This document shows positions 23,632 to 27,784 of a stretch of 27,784 nt of DNA, piece by piece. The stretch spans positions 1-27,784 of the forward strand of contig JBHGNT010000407.1 of the NCBI GenBank assembly GCA_043228905.1, read 5' to 3'. The DNA comes from Azolla caroliniana (taxonomy: Eukaryota; Plantae; Polypodiophyta). Position 1 is the stretch's first letter, and each line of letters opens with the position of its first letter. The notes below the pieces were generated by a model. It did not search any database. It was given only the letters and a program-made list of their open reading frames with translations, and had not been told where the DNA came from. The position numbers and the translations under genes were made by a program.

Positions 23632-26331
23632 ATGCACAGACAGAATCAGGCATGCCTCTCTTCTAAAGTCGCTACGGATTCTGTTACCGATCCGTGCTCT
23701 TTTAAAGAAAACCCACGTAGAGTATGCCCCCAAATACAAGAGGCAAAAGCGACTGAAAAAAGGTTCCATGGAACTATGTGGAAAAATTTGTGCCTTGACA
23801 AGGCTTTGTTTCACTTAGAGAAAGGATCCTTGCCATTGCCTACTATTAGAGAATTCACGTGGATCTTGCAGAGATGTAGAAAGAAGAAATCTAGTTCTTG
23901 TGCCCTAAGATTATATGATTATATGAAGAGAAATGGGGTAGAAAATCATTCTTCATTAGGAAACTACCTTGTTCCTTTACTTACTGAATCGGGATACATT
24001 TTGGATGCTCGGCATGTCTTTGACAAGATGCTGTTTCGGAATGAGTGGTCTTGGAGCTCTTTAATATGTGGTTATGCCAAACTGGGAAAGCCAGAAGAGT
24101 CTCTCCATCTCTACCATGGAATGAGAAAGGATCATTCATTATATCCTTTAGGCCATACTTATGTGAGCCTTCTCAAGGCTTGTGTGCAATTGAAAGATCT
24201 TGAAAGAGGCCTTGATATCCATGGAGAAGTTGCAAGAAATGGACTGCTTGAAAGAGATCCTTTCATGGGTAGCTCGTTGGTCGATATGTATGCCAAATGT
24301 GGTTCAATTCTCAAAGCTCAAGAGGTGTTCGATGGGTTACAAGTTCGAGACATTGTAACATGGACTGCCCTTATTGCTGGGTATGCTGAGCATGGCCATA
24401 GTGAGGCAGCTCTTATGTGTTATGAAAAGATGCGACTTGATGGGATCTTGCCCGATGCACCCACGATTGTTTGTGTTTTGAAAGCTTGTTCTGGCATGAG
24501 ATCCCTTGATCAAGCAAGAGAAATACACATGGAGATTGAAAGACAAGGGTGGGTAAAAAGAAGCCTTTTCATTGGCAATGCATTGATTGATTTGTATGTG
24601 AAATCAGGGTATTTTGCTAAAGCCAGACAGGTGTTGAGCGAAATGTTGTACCCAGATGTAATCTCGTGGACTTCACTCATCTATGGCTACAGTGAACATG
24701 GCTACAATTTGGAAGCAATTGGTTGTTTTGAAGAGATGCAAATCAAGGGTGTTCACCCAAATTTAGTAACTTTTATTTGTCTTCTGAAAGCTTGTGGTGG
24801 TTTGGGGGACATAGAAAAGGGCCTAGAAATACATACCAAGATTGTAAAGCTTGGATTAATGGAGAGAGATGTTGTTATAGGTAACAGCTTGGTGGATATG
24901 TATGCAAAATGTGGCTTGCCAGAGGCTGCTCATCATATTTTTGATAGGCTTCCAGTTCGAAACGTGGTGTCTTGGGCAGCGCTTGTTCAGGGCTATGTTG
25001 AAGCTGAGCTTGCCAAAGAAGCCCTCCAGTGCTTTGACCAAATGCAAATTGAAGGTATATCCCCTGATGCCCTCTCATTTATTAGTGGCTTGAAGGCTTG
25101 TAGCCTTCTCATAGCAATAGAAAAGGGTGAAGAATTGCACCTTCAGATCAAAACCCTGGGTCTTCTTGAAGGTGATGATGTGCTTGGCAACACATTGATT
25201 GATATGTATGTCAAATGTGACTCGCTTTTCAAAGCCCAGTGTGTCTTCGATGAGCTGGAAACCCGAGATGTGGTATCATGGACCTTGATTATTACTGGAC
25301 ACACACAATATGGGGCATATAAACAGGCCCTAAGATGTTTTGAGCAGATGCAGTTTGAGGGTGTCCATCCTAATCAAATAACACTTGTTTATGCATTGAA
25401 GTCTTGCGGCTGCATTAGAGATATATTTAAAGGTCAACAATTGCATGTTTATGTTGAAACACATGGGCTAGTTGAGAAAGATACGAGTGTAGGGAACACG
25501 CTAATAGATATGTATGCCAAGTGTGGCTTTCTTGCTATGGCTCGATATGTGTTCAATAGACTTCCAGGGCATACATTAGTATCATGGAGTGCATTAATTT
25601 CCGGATTTGCTGCATATGGACAACCTGAAATAGCCATTAATTATTTTGAGCAAATGGGTTTGAAAGGATTTTCTCCTGATGCCATCACATTTGTGTGCTT
25701 TTTGAAAGCTTGTGGCAGCATAGGGGCTATGGACAAGGTCAGAGAAGTACATGCTGAAGTTGAAAGCCGAGGTATGGTCACAACCAATGTGGTAGGCAAC
25801 ACTTTAGTTCATATATATGCGAAGTTTGGGCTGATTTCCAAAGCTCAACAAGTTTTTGAGGGTCTTCTCGTTCAAGATGTGTTCTCATGGACGTCATTCA
25901 TGGTTGGGTATGCTCGGCTTGGAGAAACTGAAAAAGTTTGTTGTCTGTTTGAACAAATGCTAGGGGTGGGTGTGAAACCAGATCCTGTTACCTTTGTCGT
26001 TGTGCTTAATGCATGTGTTCGTGCAGGCTTTTTCGAGTTTACTAGATCTTACTATGAGTTAATGAGAAAGGGCTATGGCATGATGCCAAATTTCCAGCAT
26101 AATGTTTGCATAATCGATCTTTTTGCCCGATATGGTCAAATAGACAAGGCGATTGAGATGATAAAGAAGATGCCCATTTGCTCAAATGCTGCAACATGGA
26201 ATATTATGCTTAATGCTTGTAATAATTGGGGCAATCTGGAGTTTGCAAGGAAAGTCTTTAAACATGCCTCAGTGGAAAAGAATTCTGTGACCTATGTCTT
26301 AATGTCCCATGTATGTGCCGGTGGCAAATGA
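23632..26331 (+). CDS. PLS-class PPR protein, E subclass (E1 + partial E2, no DYW), 899 aa
   Basis: Intronless ORF with about 23 P/L/S repeats (e.g. GSSLVDMYAKCG, DIVTWTALIAGYAEHG, TFICLLKAC). It ends TWNIMLNAC...TYVLMSHVCAGGK*. Confidence 0.95.
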   Translation: MHRQNQACLSSKVATDSVTDPCSFKENPRRVCPQIQEAKATEKRFHGTMWKNLCLDKALFHLEKGSLPLPTIREFTWILQRCRKKKSSSCALRLYDYMKRNGVENHSSLGNYLVPLLTESGYILDARHVFDKMLFRNEWSWSSLICGYAKLGKPEESLHLYHGMRKDHSLYPLGHTYVSLLKACVQLKDLERGLDIHGEVARNGLLERDPFMGSSLVDMYAKCGSILKAQEVFDGLQVRDIVTWTALIAGYAEHGHSEAALMCYEKMRLDGILPDAPTIVCVLKACSGMRSLDQAREIHMEIERQGWVKRSLFIGNALIDLYVKSGYFAKARQVLSEMLYPDVISWTSLIYGYSEHGYNLEAIGCFEEMQIKGVHPNLVTFICLLKACGGLGDIEKGLEIHTKIVKLGLMERDVVIGNSLVDMYAKCGLPEAAHHIFDRLPVRNVVSWAALVQGYVEAELAKEALQCFDQMQIEGISPDALSFISGLKACSLLIAIEKGEELHLQIKTLGLLEGDDVLGNTLIDMYVKCDSLFKAQCVFDELETRDVVSWTLIITGHTQYGAYKQALRCFEQMQFEGVHPNQITLVYALKSCGCIRDIFKGQQLHVYVETHGLVEKDTSVGNTLIDMYAKCGFLAMARYVFNRLPGHTLVSWSALISGFAAYGQPEIAINYFEQMGLKGFSPDAITFVCFLKACGSIGAMDKVREVHAEVESRGMVTTNVVGNTLVHIYAKFGLISKAQQVFEGLLVQDVFSWTSFMVGYARLGETEKVCCLFEQMLGVGVKPDPVTFVVVLNACVRAGFFEFTRSYYELMRKGYGMMPNFQHNVCIIDLFARYGQIDKAIEMIKKMPICSNAATWNIMLNACNNWGNLEFARKVFKHASVEKNSVTYVLMSHVCAGGK

Positions 26332-27784
26332 GAAGTTAAATACAAGATATATATTTGAATCAACATGCTACATTTACAGCCATAGGGATTTGGCATAGTG
26401 GTTTAGGGTTAAACCTTATTAAGTCAAATTCTTGGAATTCAATTCCTGTCAATGCCCATGCAACATTGCAATCAGCCACACATTATTCTCTTAAACATGC
26501 CACACTTGGATTTGTTCAATGGTTATGCCACCCATAACCTATGGTCATCATTAAAAATGTACGCATGAGTGTATATTATTGGGTCAATAGTCCATCCCTG
26601 ATTACGGGAGGCTATAGAGGAGGTCCTACATCGATACACAATATATCGACAATATATATGTACTATACAGAGAGAGAAGTCTGCTTTCTCACTCCATTAT
26701 TGTTAATTGTATTATCTTACAATCTCTCATCTGATCTTTCCCCTTGCTTTCTTGTCCAAAACCCTTTCACTTATAGATCTTGAGAGTTTACATTTTAATT
26801 TTCAGTCCATTAACAGGGCCAAATCTTCTCATTAGCTTATATAGGTGTAAACCTAAACCTTGTGCTCAGAAAAAGTGTTTAGGCATCTAGGGCATTTGAT
26901 CTTGTCACTCGTGGCTTTCCCACAAACAAGGTTGTCGTGCTATTTCTAGCTTCTAAAGGTCATAGTTTAGGAAATGACTAGTGTTAAGTGTACTCTTATG
27001 ATTGTTGTGATGTTTTAATATTATTAAACTCTCACTATTCAAATTATTAAATTCTCACTATTCAAGTGCATTGTATCAATATGTCATTGAATATTAACGA
27101 CCCATTGAGATTTCGTTTCATATTAATTTGCATGGTCAAGGCCAAGTAAATGCCATTCTAGGTATATGGTGGCCATATACGCACAAATCAAAATGTTGAG
27201 AAGCTAATTAATCACATCAATAAAATATGTTGGTCTTATGTGAATTAGAAATTATTTACTTGTGTAGCATGTTATACTCATAGCATCTATGTCTCATCAA
27301 CATATGATCGGTGTGCATGTTTTATAAGTTTTTGATTGTACACAAAGTTGATATGCTCAAGAGCATTCAAGACTTGTGTGTTATAAGCATACCCTTAAGG
27401 ACTAATTTTTAAGCTAATTTTAATGATTTAATGGTGTTTAACTGTAGTGATCATCTCAAAGCGAAGGACAAGTGGAAAACATACCATACTAGTGACAAGC
27501 ATAAAAACCATCGTTGTCACATTGTACATTGGACAAACTGAACTAAAATAAGAGATCTTTGTGTCCCCTTTATATAGCCCTACAACTTAGGCTCCAAGAC
27601 CATTACATGTTACTTCTTCTTAAGGGTCCTAATAACATTAAAAATTTGCTTGAAATTGCTTTAGATTTATGCCTATAACATACTCCCCATTTCCCTATGG
27701 AATATGCAATACCATCTAAACCCACCATTTACATGAAATTGATCATGGCTAGGTGTGCTTGAAAACTCTATCTCCATCACAATG

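Noticed and set aside
18801-25637. Antisense and alternative-frame ORFs within the two PPR genes
   Set aside because: Shadow ORFs of long coding sequences with no independent evidence.
26332-26540. Possible DYW/E+ remnant downstream of the second PPR (NQHATFTAIG)
   Set aside because: No PG box, HxE or CxxC. The resemblance is too weak.
27420-27784. LTR-like segment with a minus-strand TATA (GGCTATATAAAGGGG)
   Set aside because: No TG...CA termini, PBS/PPT, TSD or second copy visible in the window.

Overview
AT-rich eukaryotic nuclear DNA from a land plant, most likely a fern or other seed-free vascular plant (inferred from the style of the PLS-PPR and DYW sequences, not proven). Five genes can be reconstructed by hand. 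(1) A CstF64-like/ESP1-type 3'-processing factor with hinge and C-terminal domains but no RRM (+, 4917-7161, 7 coding exons, two apparent GC-AG introns). (2) A plant tetraspanin (+, 9747-11780) whose first intron has no GT/GC donor at the homology-predicted position. (3) A probably plastid-targeted DUF861/cupin_3 protein (+, 15628-16509), preceded by a decayed tandem copy of its locus (~12150-14790 vs ~14820-17970). (4) A PLS-E-DYW PPR editing factor (-, 21519-18011) with a variant deaminase domain (GHCEKLA, no terminal DYW), a candidate for the DYW:KP-like class linked to U-to-C editing. (5) A divergently transcribed PLS-E PPR (+, 23632-26331) that stops inside E2. A decayed LINE/L1 fragment lies between the two PPR genes, and microsatellites and small repeats are frequent. 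I found no rRNA, tRNA or CRISPR features and no clearly new multi-gene system. The best leads are the variant DYW with its head-to-head PPR partner, and the non-canonical splice sites.
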